A DNA stretch of 64,000 nt from Amoebophrya sp. A120 (GCA_905178155.1 CAJINV010000013.1:2422281-2486280), one strand, 5' to 3'. Shown: positions 46,246 to 60,736, numbered from the stretch's first letter. The notes: generated by a model from the sequence alone, not told the origin. Numbers and translations are program-made.

Positions 46246-48414
46246 GCGGCAGGAAGAACGGGATGCTGTGGGGTTTGTGGGGGAACGTGAGATGTACGGA
46301 CTCCGGTCTTCGAAAAGCGAAACTAGTCTACAAGAAAGAGCGGCTCAAAACTAAAGAAAGAGAAAGCCGAATGACGACAGAACGATCTGTTTAGCTGTTA
46401 TACATTACAATCATCAAAGTGCTGAAAAGTTTTACATGGAACACTGAGATTTAGCGCACTATGTATTAGTACAAATAGAAAGGAAGAGGAAGAGCAACAA
46501 GCCTGGCGAATAGCAACGCCAGCCTGCTTACAAAGGCTCTGTATCGGTATCGCAGGTATTCATTCAGAGGCTGCAAAAGTCTCTTTGCGTATCGATCGAT
46601 TTTATGGCGAAAGTAAGGTTGTACCACTAAAACAGTAGTGCTGTACATAGCAAGTCTAGACCTCTCCCTGCATGAGTAGAAGTGTATAGGAATAAGTCCT
46701 TGTGCAGGCTACATCCCTGTACAAAAACAAGAGCCAAGGCCTACTGCGAACTCGATCGAGCAAATACATGTTTTTAGCCGCGGCGCATAAGGTACCACAA
46801 AAAGGAAAAGCAAACAAATGCTCACGCTGACCAATTCAATGTGCAAGACCAAGACTGTGAACACAACGACATTGCACGGCGCCGCTGGCAATGCCGTAGT
46901 CTGACAATGTTCCCACTGAAAGAGTTCGCATATGAAAAAGAGTTGAAATCATGGACAAACTTGCACTTCGACCGCCAAGAAACAGACTAAGTAAGTAGAT
47001 TTTTTCAAAATCACTATACTAGAAGATGAAGAACTAGAAGTAGAACCCCAGTTATGTTCACCTGTGGATCTGGATGAACAATGGTGAGCAGAAAGTAGAT
47101 CATCTCTACTCGGACCACCCTGATCCAGCGCTCGCGTAGTTCGGAGAATGTTGACATTGTGGTGGCGCTATCCAACCTTTTGGTTCATCCTGTAGTTTAG
47201 CCTTGGTGATGGTGGATCATGGCCAAGGAGGTGATCTTTAATACTGAGGGCGCAGAAATGACCGGACTTGGAAATGGGGCAATTTCACACCTGACCATGT
47301 AGGATGGAAGTTGAAATGATTTGTGGTAGCATTGGGATTTGGATTTTCTTTTGTAGTGCTGGTTCCGAAGTTGAAGTTTCTTAACTGCAGACACAGACAC
47401 ATACTTGAATGTGCTAGCGGGTAGTACAAAGTCGTACCGACGGCAGAAAAACCCGACTACACGGTCATCTCCCACTACCAGTCAACGTGCTGTAAGTAAA
47501 GCCAACCTGTTTAGAAGCCTATCAGGATTAGATTTCAATTGTTGTTTTGTACTCAGCGTAGATGTAATTTGTAAATAGAGTCAAAAATTTGTAAATTACT
47601 ATAAGTGTCGCGACGACTTGGTCTTTGAGTGTTTATTTGTTCGTCAAGAACGATTTTACGAGAGCCAAAGGTATAGCGGACTCTTCGTCTGGTTTTTTTT
47701 ATACGGTGTCCTACTACTCAAACTCAACATATATGAAAGAAGCTCCTCTGTAGAAGCTGTTTTTGGTACAGGTACTACTTTTCTAGTCACGATCGACCGG
47801 GGGAAAAGCAGTCAACCTCAACGCGGCTCAAAAGATATACTCAATTTCGTTTCTGTCGTTCGCGGGTATATCTGCGAAGAGTATAGAAACGTTTTTGTGG
47901 TAGGCACAGAAAAAAGTTTAATCAGACACGACCTGGTAGGGTAGCAGTGACATACTTCCTTGTTATTATTTGCTCGTAATCGTATAGTTTTTCTTCAAAG
48001 AAATTTCTAGCACAGCAGGACGAGGGGCCTTGCTGCGAAACATCCTCGCAGCGTTGTTTTATTGGCATTTTTCGCCGAAACACGAGCTGGCAAAGTGAAC
48101 AAAACAAAGTATTTAAGTACATCATCAGAGATATTCCCTGTATTGTTATTGATGTAGAAATCGTTACTATCCGGTACAATAAAGGTATACGGTCGAAATG
48201 TGTTAACCAAAAAAAAAAACCTAACTCAAAAACAAACCTCTTACTCGGACAGAAATTCTCCACTAGCAGGTGGAGCAAAAAAAAAAGGACTTCTCTGGGC
48301 CTATCATCCGGATTCGTTGTGGTGTCTGTACCGAGCCCTCAACTGCACACAAGAGGATTTTAGCAATAAACTCACGAGGCAGGAGGTTCACTTCTCTAGA
48401 GCAAAAGAAACATC

Positions 48415-51400
48415 ATGCCCGTGAAAAATCTTGTGCCCGCACCGGCCCACTCGTCCGGGGGAAATTATAAACACAGTTCTTCCACTTCGTACCCCTGCTT
48501 TGAAGCGCACCAGCAGGACGAACACCCGTATAGCACGTTGCTCACCCCACAGCACGTGGACAAGACGCATCTTTCCAAGAAGGAAAAGGAGAAGCAGTTG
48601 TTTGCCGCCTCGTTGAAACACGACCACGCAGTCTTCAAAAAGCAACGGAAGGAACACATGTCGACGCAACAGCTGGTTGCGGAAGTGCGCGAAAAGAGGA
48701 GGGCGCACGAGCAGAATGGGCCCGCGTCGATCCGGCAGCCTGCGGGTACTACAACAGGAGCAGCAGCTCCTATGCTTTTGGACGACGATGTTGAGATGAT
48801 CATGGGACGAGAAGATCCAGAATTTGATACCCACGACGAGAATCTTTTTGCCAGTGCCACCTACCGTGCCACGACTGAGAGGACGACGTCGACCCGTCTA
48901 GAAGAGGAACACTTCCCGGCGCCCGGCACTAATGCTTTTGTCGATTCCCCCCTCGCCGACAGTACGGCGGTGATGCTGGCGGAGATCCCGTCGCCCAACC
49001 ACGGGGAGACTCTCTTGAACAACAAAGCTGCTTGCTCAACTTCTTGTTACCCTCTGGGCAGTAAGCCGCAGCGGAAAGAGTGCAGCGTCTGGCCTGAGTA
49101 TGAGAAATTCAAGGTGGACGTCACCAACGTGCTCGTGGACTATTTGAATGAACGTATAATTATGGCGCGAGTTTTGATTTTTTTCCGTTCAACATTCCGT
49201 CATCGAGATTGTGCAATCCAAATTCACGAGTAAGTACGATATGTCGCATTGCGACGGTCCTTGTTTCCCGCGGTCTATTCACCCAGCATGAAGAAATCCA
49301 AAAATCGCGCATAATTATACTTCTACGCTTCCACCCAAACAAAAGCCAGGGTGATATAGATATACAAGTAAAGTATTTGCAATATGTTTAAATCACTTGC
49401 TATTCCCAAAAATCTCAACCCAAAAACAGACGAGACCCTCGAGACGTCGATGGATTGCCTGCTCCGCAGCACGTGCGAGAGGGAGAAGTCGCTCCTTGTC
49501 TACGAGTGGAGCGACCTGGTGCTGCTCACCGCCTTCAATCTGCAGGTGAACGGTGAGGCGCAGGAAGAGAGACTGTTGGATTTTCTCACGGTTTTTCTCG
49601 GCCAAATGAGCAGCGGTGATGGTGTCGGGTCTAAGAACTTTTGCAGCGTGACCACGGAACAAGACTTTGACGGGAGTGATGGAAATACACAGAAAAAAAT
49701 GTTATCTCCGTTCGACTTGGCGCTCGAAAAGCTGCTTTCCAGGTGGGAGGAGCTGAAAATGGATTTTCCGAGGTTTCCGGAACTTTTGGGAAAAATCCTG
49801 GTGCGGCTTGTCCAGGTGAGAATTGGCTAATTGCGGTGCTGCAGAGACGAGAGATAGGCTTGCTGCGGCTCTTGGTGCTGCCACTGCCTGTGCAGAAACA
49901 ACAGAATGTTTGTGCTCTTTCTTGATCCGTTATAAAATGCGACTGAGTTCGTTCCTCTTTAGTGAAATACTTATGAAAGAAACTGAAACTTCACAGGATG
50001 CCCAAGTCTTGCCGGTTTCTATCTTGAACCGGGTGCCCGAGAAGTTTCTTTTGGAGAAGTACCTGTCGGCTGGGACTACAAGTACAAAAAATGCTACTGC
50101 AACTGCTCGTTTGGAATTGGAAAATAACTCGGGCGACGAGATTGAGTCCCTCGAGACGACACTGATCGACAACCTAGCGTCCGCGAAGAAGAAAATTAAG
50201 GCCATCCTCTCCGAGTATTCCCACCCGGTGGACCGGTCGAGCGGGGCGAAAAAGACCAACGAATCCCACGTGGTAGAGCTGCTGGTCGGGTCGGACCGAA
50301 ATTTGTTGCAGTTTTACTCGGACGAAGTGGTATGTGGATTTTCTCACTTTCACTTTTGCTGGCTGCTCCTACTGCCGGATTTGCATTTTTAAAAAGTCCA
50401 CAGGAGGATTCCAGCAAACCTGAGCCATGCAGGTTTAATAGCCTTATCGGCTTCGGGTTCGGCGTGCCTCGTCGAACTTGAGGGGGAGTGCTCATCACAA
50501 CTGCGTATATGAACTTCAATCATAGATCTTGTGCCTCAGCAAGATGTCTGATGAAAAACATGCAAATAAAACTACAGGTGAAGCTGACTATCTCCGAGTT
50601 TCTGCAAAAATCGGGTCTCCACCGCACGAAGGAAGACGCGAAAGAGTGCGCGAACTTGCTGCTGCACCTGAAAACCGCAACTTTATTCCCGAACATCAAA
50701 AACCACTTCACTGACGAGAAGCTGGGTCTCGGCCTGCTGCGGGCGATCGGGCTGATCGATGAATTCATCATTGACAGCGGAAAGGAGAAAGTGGAAAAGT
50801 TTTTCTTCAACGTGATCGCGGAGTTGGTGGTCAAGATCGACACAGGAGCTGCCGCAGCGAAGAACCAGCGCAGGAACTCTGACAGTGAACAAGGGGCTAC
50901 AGAAGCGAAACGACCTGGAAGCCGAAGCGCCACCGTCTCCAAGAGCAAGTCACGATCAAACGACGCAGGTCCAGGTTCTTTCTCCCTGGCCAAGCTGTTG
51001 AAGAAGTGTCGCATTCTGCACATTCCGGGTGGCGGCGCGGCACAGTGCCTGCTCGAGCGGGTGGAGCTGGCGTTACCGCAGTTTTTCGTGAAGCACTACC
51101 TGGACCTGGAAAAAGAGTGCACGAAATTGCTGGACTTGTTCTTCTACAGCCGAGAGACGATGAATAGTACTGTCCTGGCGGCGCAGGAGGCGCAGCAGCA
51201 GCAACAAATGATCCACCAAGTGGAACAGTTTCAACAAGAAACCAACATCATCAACAACAACAACGTGGGCAGTGGTCACCAGCACAGTATTTTGAACGGT
51301 AGAAGTTCCACTGCTGCGGCGGCACAAAACAAAGTAGCAAAAAACATTCATTTCGAAAACGACAAGGAAACTTTTTTCGCGGAGTTCCAGACACTTCTGG

Positions 51401-53241
51401 CGAACTGCGAACCTTCTTCAGCCCCGCCGGAGGAAATTATCGCGATTATTGTCAAGTACGCGATTGCGGCCGAGAAAAACCACGAAAGGAAGGCTTCGGC
51501 CCTCGGTGAAGTAGTTCTTGGAAATGTAGTTCCACCGGAGCTGCAGCACGAGGGTAGCGCGGTCGGAGCTGCCGGCGCACCGAGCTGTGACCGCTCCGTG
51601 TGGAGTGACAAGTCGCCGATGGTATAAAGCATTACGGATGATCACGTGGATAGAAGTCGGGAGTTTTCTAGAAGCAGTTCGGTTTTGCTGTTCATTATTT
51701 GCGGGGTAGTGTATTGCATGACGTGAATATTAAGACCTACCTACGTACTCCAATGGCAAATCACCCTTTCAATTTATCGTTCCATCACATCATCTTCAGC
51801 CGCCGGCCGCACGCTACAACTCCTATCACGAGAAAAAAGTGTTACAGTTACACATTGTGTTGCAAGCCCAGCATGACAGACAACCACTGTCGTGCAAGAA
51901 ATGCTTCCGAGCTTCATTTCATACGTGTTTTCCCTTTATGGTCTGTGCATTGCAAGTTTATCTCCCTCTCATACAGAGAAAATTTGTGTTGCTGAAGTGA
52001 CAACAAATGTGTAACTGTAACACTTTTTTCTTGTGACAACTCCCTGTACAATACTACTAGTTCTTCGTATCCAAACAAGCACGGGAACAACAATCCCCTT
52101 TCCGAGTCGCAACAGAGCCAGAGCACGAACTGGCCTTCGTTTCGTGCGTCGGACGATTCGATCGGGTGTGGGGGCGGATGCACCAGCACTAGCGTCGAAC
52201 ACACGGATATCAAACAAAAAAAGTTCGTCACGATCACTTATGCGCATTTTTGCAATACAAAACTGTTTGTCATGCGTAAAAATGCATCACAGCCTAACTT
52301 CGTGAGGGATTTCCCTAGTGTTTCTGCAATCCATTGAAAATTTGTGATGCTAAGAAAATTTGTAATGCAAAGCCTGCAAGTTAGTGACTGTGACAAACTT
52401 TTTTCTCTTCATAACGGACAACGAAGGAATAATGTTGTCGTCTTCCACTTGTTCGCATCTGGATCACCTAGATGGCAGCGACAGGAAAAACGCGTCGGGA
52501 AAAATGGTCCAGCAGGAGCAGCAGGAGAATCTTGTCTCGACGACATCAGTGGTTCACGGTGAAACAAGTACCACCACCACCACCACCACCACCAGCACGA
52601 CCTCCCGACTTCGCCTGGACGCGCACGCTCTGCACGGCCACGATGTCACCATGGACCAGATTACGGAGGAAAACCAAATCGACTTGGACAACGTCAGCAC
52701 TACGCACAACAACTCCGAGCCCTGCTTCCGCACGACCAGCTTTTCCACGAACCTGAGCAAAGACACAACACTCCTTTCCCGGACGGGCAGCAGCACGGTG
52801 GTTTGCGATGCCGCGGCGTTTGGCGCGATGGTGCTAGCAACCTGTACCGATTTGCTCATTTTCCTCACGACCGGTGGAACGTCAAATTATAACGGCTCTA
52901 CTTCTACTTCCACTGCTTGTGCTGCTTCTGTCTCTCGTCGCGGCCTTGTGGTGATTCCGAAGCACTGCCTCTGTCCGACTTTCACGGAATTGCTTTTGGA
53001 GCAAAGTGATTGCAGCTCTTTCTCAAGTCTGAATGTTGGGTCAACGGCGAGCAAAAAGAAAGACAACCCGGCGCATCTTCATGATCAAGCAGGCCTGCTC
53101 GGCAGTTCTTTTGTCGGAATCAGAAAGACCAGCAGCGATCGGCCAGCTGACGAGATCTTCGACCGGAAAGACAAGATCCTGCAGATCGCCGGGAATTGCG
53201 AACACCTCTACGCTGAGGGACAGATTCTGTGCTGGGACTAG
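48415..53241 (+). CDS. MA3-domain (PDCD4-like) protein with probable long C-terminal extension
   Basis: MA3-like helices EKFKVDVTNVLVDYL, LKMDFPRFPELLGKILVRLV, AKKKIKAILSEY, EFIIDSG; GT-AG introns near 49816 and 50330. Linking 51622 to 53241 relies on a weak junction plus two clean introners, so the 3' part could be a separate gene; junction at ~49155-49373 unresolved. Confidence 0.55.
49155..49319. mobile_element. Introner-like TIR element
   Basis: TATAATTATGGCGCGA / TCGCGCATAATTATA; flanks do not match. Confidence 0.7.
51824..52038. mobile_element. Introner, family D, opposite orientation to 45290
   Basis: Perfect TSD ACTCC; ~30-bp TIR. Confidence 0.92.
52208..52413. mobile_element. Introner, family E (AAAAAAGTT(C/T)GTCAC..TCACT TIR)
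   Basis: Perfect TSD ACGGA; gives EHTDNEGIM. Confidence 0.9.
52570..52593. repeat. (ACC)n coding microsatellite (poly-Thr)
   Basis: Eight ACC units. Confidence 0.9.
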
Positions 53242-56200
53242 AAGGGGGTCGCTCGGGGAGGACTGCCAATTCATTCAGCCCGAAAGAAGTTGTCAAAGAA
53301 ACGTTTCTTTTTCAACCTCTTTAGTTTTTTTACCCTTTATTTCGTAGAAAGCGAACGAACTTGTAAGATTATTTCTGTCCGTCGGTGCGGCAGAGGACAC
53401 AAGGACAGCAACGTAATAACCGAAGGCTGCTATTCACCCGTTAAGTATCTTGTTATGCGGCAGCTTGATAAGCAGAAAAGAAAAAGGTGATAGAAAATAA
53501 GAGAAATAAGAATCGGCAGTAGATTCATTTATCGAGAACAAAGTCCTAGTTGGAGCCTGAAGCTTTTTGCGCGACCACTAAAGCCACGACTCACACGACC
53601 TAGGTTATGTGCGGCGTCCTGTGTACAGCACGCGATCTTGTTTTATTCCCGTTGTAGGCCTAAAAAAAATTGCAAATCCTTCAGCAATGTAGTGGCTTCC
53701 CGCGAAGATCCCACCGGCTGTGTGCCTCTACGAACAAAGTGCGGTCGCGTGGAAAAGTAAAGAGCCCCATTAGACAGCAGAATTGCTGGATTCCTGCAAC
53801 AGCAGCAGTACTGTTGAGACGCTCCAGCACTACTTTCGTTATTTCGACTTGTGCTTTTGTGCAGCTAAAAGATAAACTTCGGGCTATCAAAGTTACGAGC
53901 GCTGAGGTAGTTCTGCTGTACCTTGTTATCTTGCGAAGCAGGGGGTCTTGCTCTTCGAAGGTTTCCAGCTGTGACGCGAAAGGCAAGATCGTATCGATAT
54001 TGTGCCTGTCACCTCAATCATTTCCAATGTTTCAATAGCATAGATTTAGATATATTTTTGGTGCCGCTACTGCCAAGCCCCGGCAGTGGACCATATAGAA
54101 ACATTCTCGCACTAATATTTTTGGAAAATCGTACACTATGATACCAGCAAAAGTAAAAAAAGCTTCATCAAACCAAATCCAACAGCGTAATATGGAAAGT
54201 CAGAAGAGAATCTTGTCTTCTACGTGGCTACTACCAGCACATGAGCCTAAAAATTACTAAGCGAACGAGTAGCGTTTGTGTACCTATATTCGTCTTTTTC
54301 TTGAAAAAAAGTACTACATTTTCCCAGAGGACGAAAACGCGATTGAGTATATGTTTTAGAAAGTTTTCCTCTTTTCAAGTTGTCATTTTCCCTGCCTGCT
54401 AGATTCTGTTTCCGGAAGGAATGCCGGTAGGTATATTCATGTCCGGCGTTCTTTTCACAGTGACAGAGCCTTCGGGTGAGGGGAATGAATCATTTTGACC
54501 TACTTATTGAGTAAATGATGTTTAGCAATCCACATCTCCACATCGAGCTTTACTTTACGTATGAAGAAATGCCCCGATTGTAGTATGTTGGCTTCCCGTT
54601 CCACAGAGATCCACCTCACTACAGCCAAGAGTCGCAAACTAAATTTTCGCGTATTTCCGAAAGAAAAGTTAAGAAGTACCTAGTACAAGAAAGAAAGAGT
54701 TATACCCCATTGAAAGAGACAGATTTTGGACCACTAGCAGTAAGTCTAAGTTATTTCTAACGAGCACAGACACAGGAAGACAGAACTGTTGTAGAGCAGA
54801 CCTCTTCAGCCCGACCTAGTAAAATAAACCGGAGTTCGGCGACCGACCTGCTGGATTGACAAGAACTTGATTTATTCCCTGAGATCGTTTGCGATCACGA
54901 TCCGCTGGCTCCCTGCCGTTTCGCCTGCCACGACCCGTAGTACCAGTCGTGCGACTGTATCAAATATTTAAGTAGATGAATCGAGCTTCAGCGCAGATGT
55001 CACTCGCGTGCCATCAACGAATCTACTTCATCCCCTGGTGCACCTACCGGCGCTTATAAATAAGATAAGTACTCTATTCATCGTGGATTATTACTATCAG
55101 TTATGGCTATTTCGATTTCCGGCTTGGGCTTGGCCTATACTACTGCCTCACGAAACCACACCGGTTGCCGGCTGGACTGGTGCACATGATGCAGCGCTGG
55201 CCTGTCAGCAACTAAGAAGTAGAGGTGGACGACCGGACTCTTTACACAAATCATCTACACTCCCACCTAGACAAAACGGTTTAGCTCAGGTTTGGTCGGA
55301 GCATACGACGACAAATCACGAGTCCCGCAAAGATGCCTCGCGATTAATTTGTTCCGAGCCGGCGATACTATCCGTACCTCCCCTCAGTTGTGGTCGTGGA
55401 TGATTGATCTTTAAAACCTTTAGAATTACACTTCCCAGCAGAACAAGTCGAGCAAAGTTTCTTCCGCGGAGCGTTTTCTTCTGCTCAGAAAATAACATTG
55501 CCTTTTCCGTCCTAAAGAAACAGGTCTTTTCAACATCTGCAGCCCTGTCCATCTTCCCATGACAGCTGTTGCAGAAGTACAAAGAAATAAAAACCGCATA
55601 CGACACTTTCATACGACCGTCTAATATCTTTCACATGGTTGTATCCGCATAGTTTCCACAACATCGACTTCCAAAGATATGGACAAACGTCTCCTCGTCC
55701 GCCGAAAAGTACAATATAAATCGAGTTTTTTTCCGACCCCAAACAGAACAGGAGCTTTTTCCATTGATTTCCCTATGGTGGATTATACTGCGGCGCTGCA
55801 TGATTAGGCAGCTCCTTGTGCATGAAATAAAAAGGAACTCATGCGATCAACGCGAGTAAACTCATCGCCGGAGCATGATCTTTTCGGACGGTCGGCGGGC
55901 ATGGAGAGGAAAGTTCAAGTCGCTCTGTACTTTGCCTACCATCCGTAAGTATAATAAGGTGAGTTTATTTCTGTGAGCCTTTTATTTCGGTGGATGATTT
56001 TATTTGTAGGGAAAAATCAATCGCTGGCTCCTTCTGTAGAAAATTTCATTTTACCAAGTACTCGATTCCTGAGGGCCCCCTCACTCGCTGTTGGGGCTTT
56101 CAGGCGTCGGAAAAACAAAAACCTTGTGGTCGGAACCGGAAGAAAAGTCAATTCTATAGAGGAATCAATTTCACAGCCTTGCCACTGGTATTTCAATCTC

Positions 56201-56883
56201 GGGGCAGTGAAGAATTTTGAAACCAGGCATTCCACTTGACTTCTGCTGGACGTGTTTTCTGCAGCAAGAAGAAGCTTTGTTCTTGACTTTCACCCGACCT
56301 CAGGAATGCGAAGCGATGGCGCCGCAGATAGCATTGACGGCGTTGCAAGTGGACGAAAGAATTACTGATATCAAAATGGACCACCTACAACATGTTTTGT
56401 TGCATCAATGAATAGAAGCTGAAAGATGTACAGAACCATCCTCGAACTCGAAATTTGTTTAGAGGGTGCACGAACACCAGTAGACGAGGCTCCGGAATGA
56501 ATCATACGAGCTCGTCTCGTGCACCATCACGATCACGATGCACGACGGAATGATTGTCGTCTACTCCTACTGAGTGACGGATTTTGTATCTGAGTAGTAC
56601 ATAGATCCCCTGGTGATCTCGATCCATCTGGCCAACACTTGTGTTTGATGCAGACAATATTCAGAGGAGTTGTTTGTTTTTTTAGCGATCCATTGCTTTC
56701 TATTTCTTTCTTTTTGCATTGTATTCCTTTTTTACATTTCATTCATTTCATAATTACCTGCCTTATTACTTCGAGTAAACGTAAAGGAACCTTCTGTTTT
56801 TCCTATATTCAAAACGAGCGAGAAAAACCATGCTGGGATTTTTATTGTCGCCCCGAGGACCGCGCCTCTCCACGAGGGACAAA

Positions 56884-57379
56884 ATGTCCGCGCCAACCGC
56901 TCCTCGCGCCGCGGCCACATTGCGGCCGATCCCCACTACGAAGCGCACAGCGACCAGCACAGCAGCAGCAGTCTTTGCGTCTTTCCTTGCAATTCTTTGT
57001 TCATCCGTGGGAACAATATCAACTATGCGAGCAACTACACAAACACAAAAAATTTTTACAATTTTTGTAGCCGCGACAGCAGCCGCTGCCACAGCAGCAG
57101 CGGAACAAGAACAAAAAGTCGCAACATCCGAGGATAAAGCCACCAGCACAGGTGGAGCAGAAGAGGACGTTGAAATTTCTGGTTCCGAAGAAAAAACAGG
57201 AGAACTACCGGTGGAAGTAGATGAGAGCAATAAAGACATCGACGCGGACCAGCATCTGCTCCCCTTTTCCTCGGGCACGAAGACTCTCGCGGAAATCAAA
57301 AAAATGCTGAACGAAGACCCGAAGCTCGCGACCAAGCCCTCCCCCCACGGGGAGACGCCACTGCACGTGTCGGCGATTC
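56884..57379 (+). CDS. Ankyrin-repeat protein with signal/TM-like leader; first exon only, interrupted by a TIR
   Basis: AAAVFASFLAILC hydrophobic stretch; LAEIKKMLNEDPKLATKPSPHGETPLHVSAI ankyrin motif cut mid-repeat. Confidence 0.7.
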
Positions 57380-57410
57380 TATTGAAAGAAAAAAGTTCGT
57401 CACAGTCACT
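57380..57410. mobile_element. Unpaired family-E introner TIR (left end of a putative large element)
   Basis: TATTGAAAGAAAAAAGTTCGTCACAGTCACT matches both TIRs of 52208-52413; no partner seen up to 64000. Confidence 0.75.
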
Positions 57411-58189
57411 ATTTTTTTTTTTTTGAAAAAAAATTGCATCATTTTCAAAATCGAATTCGAGCGTCGGCGAACTGGCGAGTCTCCGAAACCTGGTTTGTAT
57501 CTTGTTGATTTTGATCTAGAAATATTGAATGATTGCTGGTTCCCTTAAGCTAGCTAGTTAAGAAGAGAGAGGCGGAGCAGATAATCGCGGATCGCCGGCG
57601 GACAGGAACAGCACGATGGGGCAGCACGTTTCTGGCCCCACCTCATAACACAAAACGTCTAAGTACCCCATCCTCCTTTGCTATGCTGATGAAAGCCTCT
57701 TGATGCCGAGATCGAAGATCTGTGATGCTCCTAAAACCTTATCTCCTGGAAAGCTCCTTGCCTAAAGGGCCTAGATCTAGAGCCTCCTCGTAGCCAGCGG
57801 CAAGCTTGGCCTCTATGCATGGCGGCCCCTTTGGCCAGGATCCAGAATTCATGCCAGTTCTGAGATGGATCAAAAAGAAGCGATGCGCTCCGACGATCTT
57901 CTGATGCGAAAAGCTTCTCGAATCCGAATTGCGTGGCTCTTACAAATCTGTAATGCGTGCAGTCTGATTTTGAAAAAATCAAAAACCATATAACAACGTC
58001 CAGGGGTTAATTTTGATTGGCTTTGTCGCAGACGAGTCGATACTATCTTTCTATGACTACTCTTTTAGAACATCGCTGTCTTTGTTTCGGCATCAAGATA
58101 GTTTTCAAATTCCATCTTCGCATAGTTATCCTTCATCGCGTCCGCGCATCGAATCCCGTCCAACTTCGCCGGATCGAATTGTTATCAAG

Positions 58190-60736
58190 ATGTCTGGTCG
58201 CCAGGAGATTGTCTTGCAGGCCAAGACCTCGGGGAATTACGGTCCCCTGACCGCCCCCGAGAAGAAGCGCGAGGCGGCCCGCCTGGTCGCGTGCATCAAG
58301 GCGATCATCAACTACCTGAAACCGTTCGACGTGCAGGACTTGATCCGCGCCCTGCAGGATGCCTATGAGGATTCGCAGAAGAAGCCCGAGGAGAAGATTA
58401 CCGGGACCAATTTCTCGGGACAGAACTACAAAAGTATACCATAGAGTGCTCTCCTTCAATTTTGAATTCTTTGCTTTTCCGCATTACAAGATACCTTTTT
58501 GGACTTCGGATGAGCATCTAGCTTTGCAAATCATGAGTTTCTCATGCGTGAATCGAAAAAATCCATACAGCAGATGGATGGCGAAGCATTCCGGTGAAGT
58601 TTCTGACCAAATGGATCGCTTTGATCTTTGGTCTTGATCAACAGGACGTGCAGAGAGTTATCAAAGACCCCGAACAGGCTTGGTTGCTGTTCAAATTAAT
58701 GGGTCTCGAAGATGAACATGTGTAATAATTTGCTTGTTTTATTTTTTCAAATCTGTCATGCGTGTTTTGTACTTTTGTAGTCGATGCGTACTGTCGAAAT
58801 ATTCTGGCTCACAGGAGAAATGAGTGCTTCTATATTTTCGCAAAAACAAACGCATCACAGCCGCCGACCGGCAGTGGGTCTTGCGCTACGGAGTTGTCCT
58901 GCATCAACGAGTTGAAGTGGTGGAAAAGCCACCGCCCGAAATTGTTCCGCGGTGCCGAAAAAGAACTTAAGCGCTTGATGCGCGGCCCGGACGTCCCTTC
59001 CTCCAGCAGTGAAGACTCCGACGATGATTCGGTTTTTGGTGGGAAAAAGAACGACGAGACAACGGATTCTTCTTCGGGCCGGAACGACGGCCGGAAGGGA
59101 AAGCGGAAGTCGAAATTGAACAAAAAGTCCAAGGCGAAAAAGAAGAAGAAGGCACTATTTGAATTTGTGACCATGCGAGAAGTCGTCGTTCTTTTATCCC
59201 CTGATGCCGAAATCCCGCATGACAAATTCAATTAAAGTTGATAAGTCTTAACTTTAAAATAAATACAGATTTCCAAGTTGGCCCTGGTCGACCGCAAGCC
59301 GCGGTTCATGCTGGATGATGGCGATGGATCTTCCTCCAGCGAAGCGCCCCGCGGTCGTTCCCGCGCCAAGGGTCCGAAAAAGGACAAGAAGCGCCCCCGC
59401 AAGGGGGCGACTTCCTCCGAGGAAACGCCGGCGAAGAAGAAGACCAAGAAAGTCCGCGAGCTGACCCCGCACCCGGTCCGCTACATCGGCCCCGGGGGCG
59501 TGGGGTCCTCGCGGGATGTTGCCCGCCCGCCCGCCCGCCCCCCACGGTCCAACAAGTCGAACACGTCCACCGACGTGAAGAAATTGAAAAACAAGACGTC
59601 GATTTTGTCTTTGCCGGCTGGGAAGAACAAGAAAAAGAAGCACTCCGAGGAGTATTCCCGCGGCGACTCCTCCGAAGGAGATACGATCGAGACCGAGTCG
59701 GATTCCCGAGACCTCTCCGACGAACTGGACGACATGTTCGGCGATGACGAAGAGATGTTGGGATTTGTGAGTGATTCCGGGGTGGAGAAGAAGAAGAAGA
59801 AGGCCATGAAGCAGGCCAATCCCACCCAGTCTTCCGCCGGCGGATCTCAGGCTACCCCGAAGAAGAAGAAAAACACTTCGAAGATGCAGCTGTTGTCCCC
59901 GGCTGCCACTCCGGTGGGCAAAGGAAAAAAGGCCGCCGCCGCTTCCGCCGAGAAGAGTACCCCGATGAAGGCCCGGATCAAGGTCGCGACCACTGATGAT
60001 CGCCCTGCCCTCGGGTCTCGCTTGTCGGGGAGAAGCCGCCTGGACCGTGACAGCAAGGAGTCCGCCAAGCGCCGCGGCAATGTCACGCCGTCTTCGGGGC
60101 GGAAGTCCCGCGCTTCCCAGAGCTGTATGTTTGGAAAAATGTTTTCCACGTCGCCATCAAAGTCAGCTTCTTGCATGACAGATTTGCACTTTTCAGCATG
60201 ACACACCTGTAGATTCTCTTGTAGCGGTGGAAACAAGTAGTCCTGCAATAGAATTTGTTCTCTAGCAGCATGACAAATCAGGGCGTGGAGCAGTTTTCCT
60301 TCCCATAAGCCCGCAGGTGGGTACCCCGGTGATGAAGAAGGCTGATCCGAAGCGCGGCTCGTCTCAGGCCGGCACCCCGGCGGGAAACAAAGGTACTCCG
60401 CGTACCCCGCCGATGAAGAGCGCCACCCCGGTGATGAAAAAGGAAACTCCGATGAAGTCCCAGCAGGGCGCGGAGGGTTCGAAATCGAAGTTGCCGCTGC
60501 AGGAGAGCAAAAAAGTCGGCCCTCCGCCCGGAAAGGAGAATGCGAAGACGCCGGCCCCGGGCGACAAGGACTACCAGCCCACCAAGGAGCAGATGGCCCA
60601 GGTGGAGAAGTTCGAGAACATGGTCAAGGACAAGATGAAGGAAGTGGGGAAGTGGAATTTGGAAGAAGAAAATGGAGAGAAGAAAGATAAGAAAACCCCG
60701 GAGAAGAAGGCGGAGAAAAAAAAGGAAGGTGAGTAA
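58190..60736 (+). CDS. Spliced Lys-rich, likely nuclear protein of unknown function
   Basis: Globular N-terminal exons (KKREAARLVACIKAIINYLKPF, LKWWKSHRPKLF), then basic K-rich tracts with TP/SP-K motifs and acidic S/D tracts; introns look GT/GC-AG; 3' end uncertain. Confidence 0.6.
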
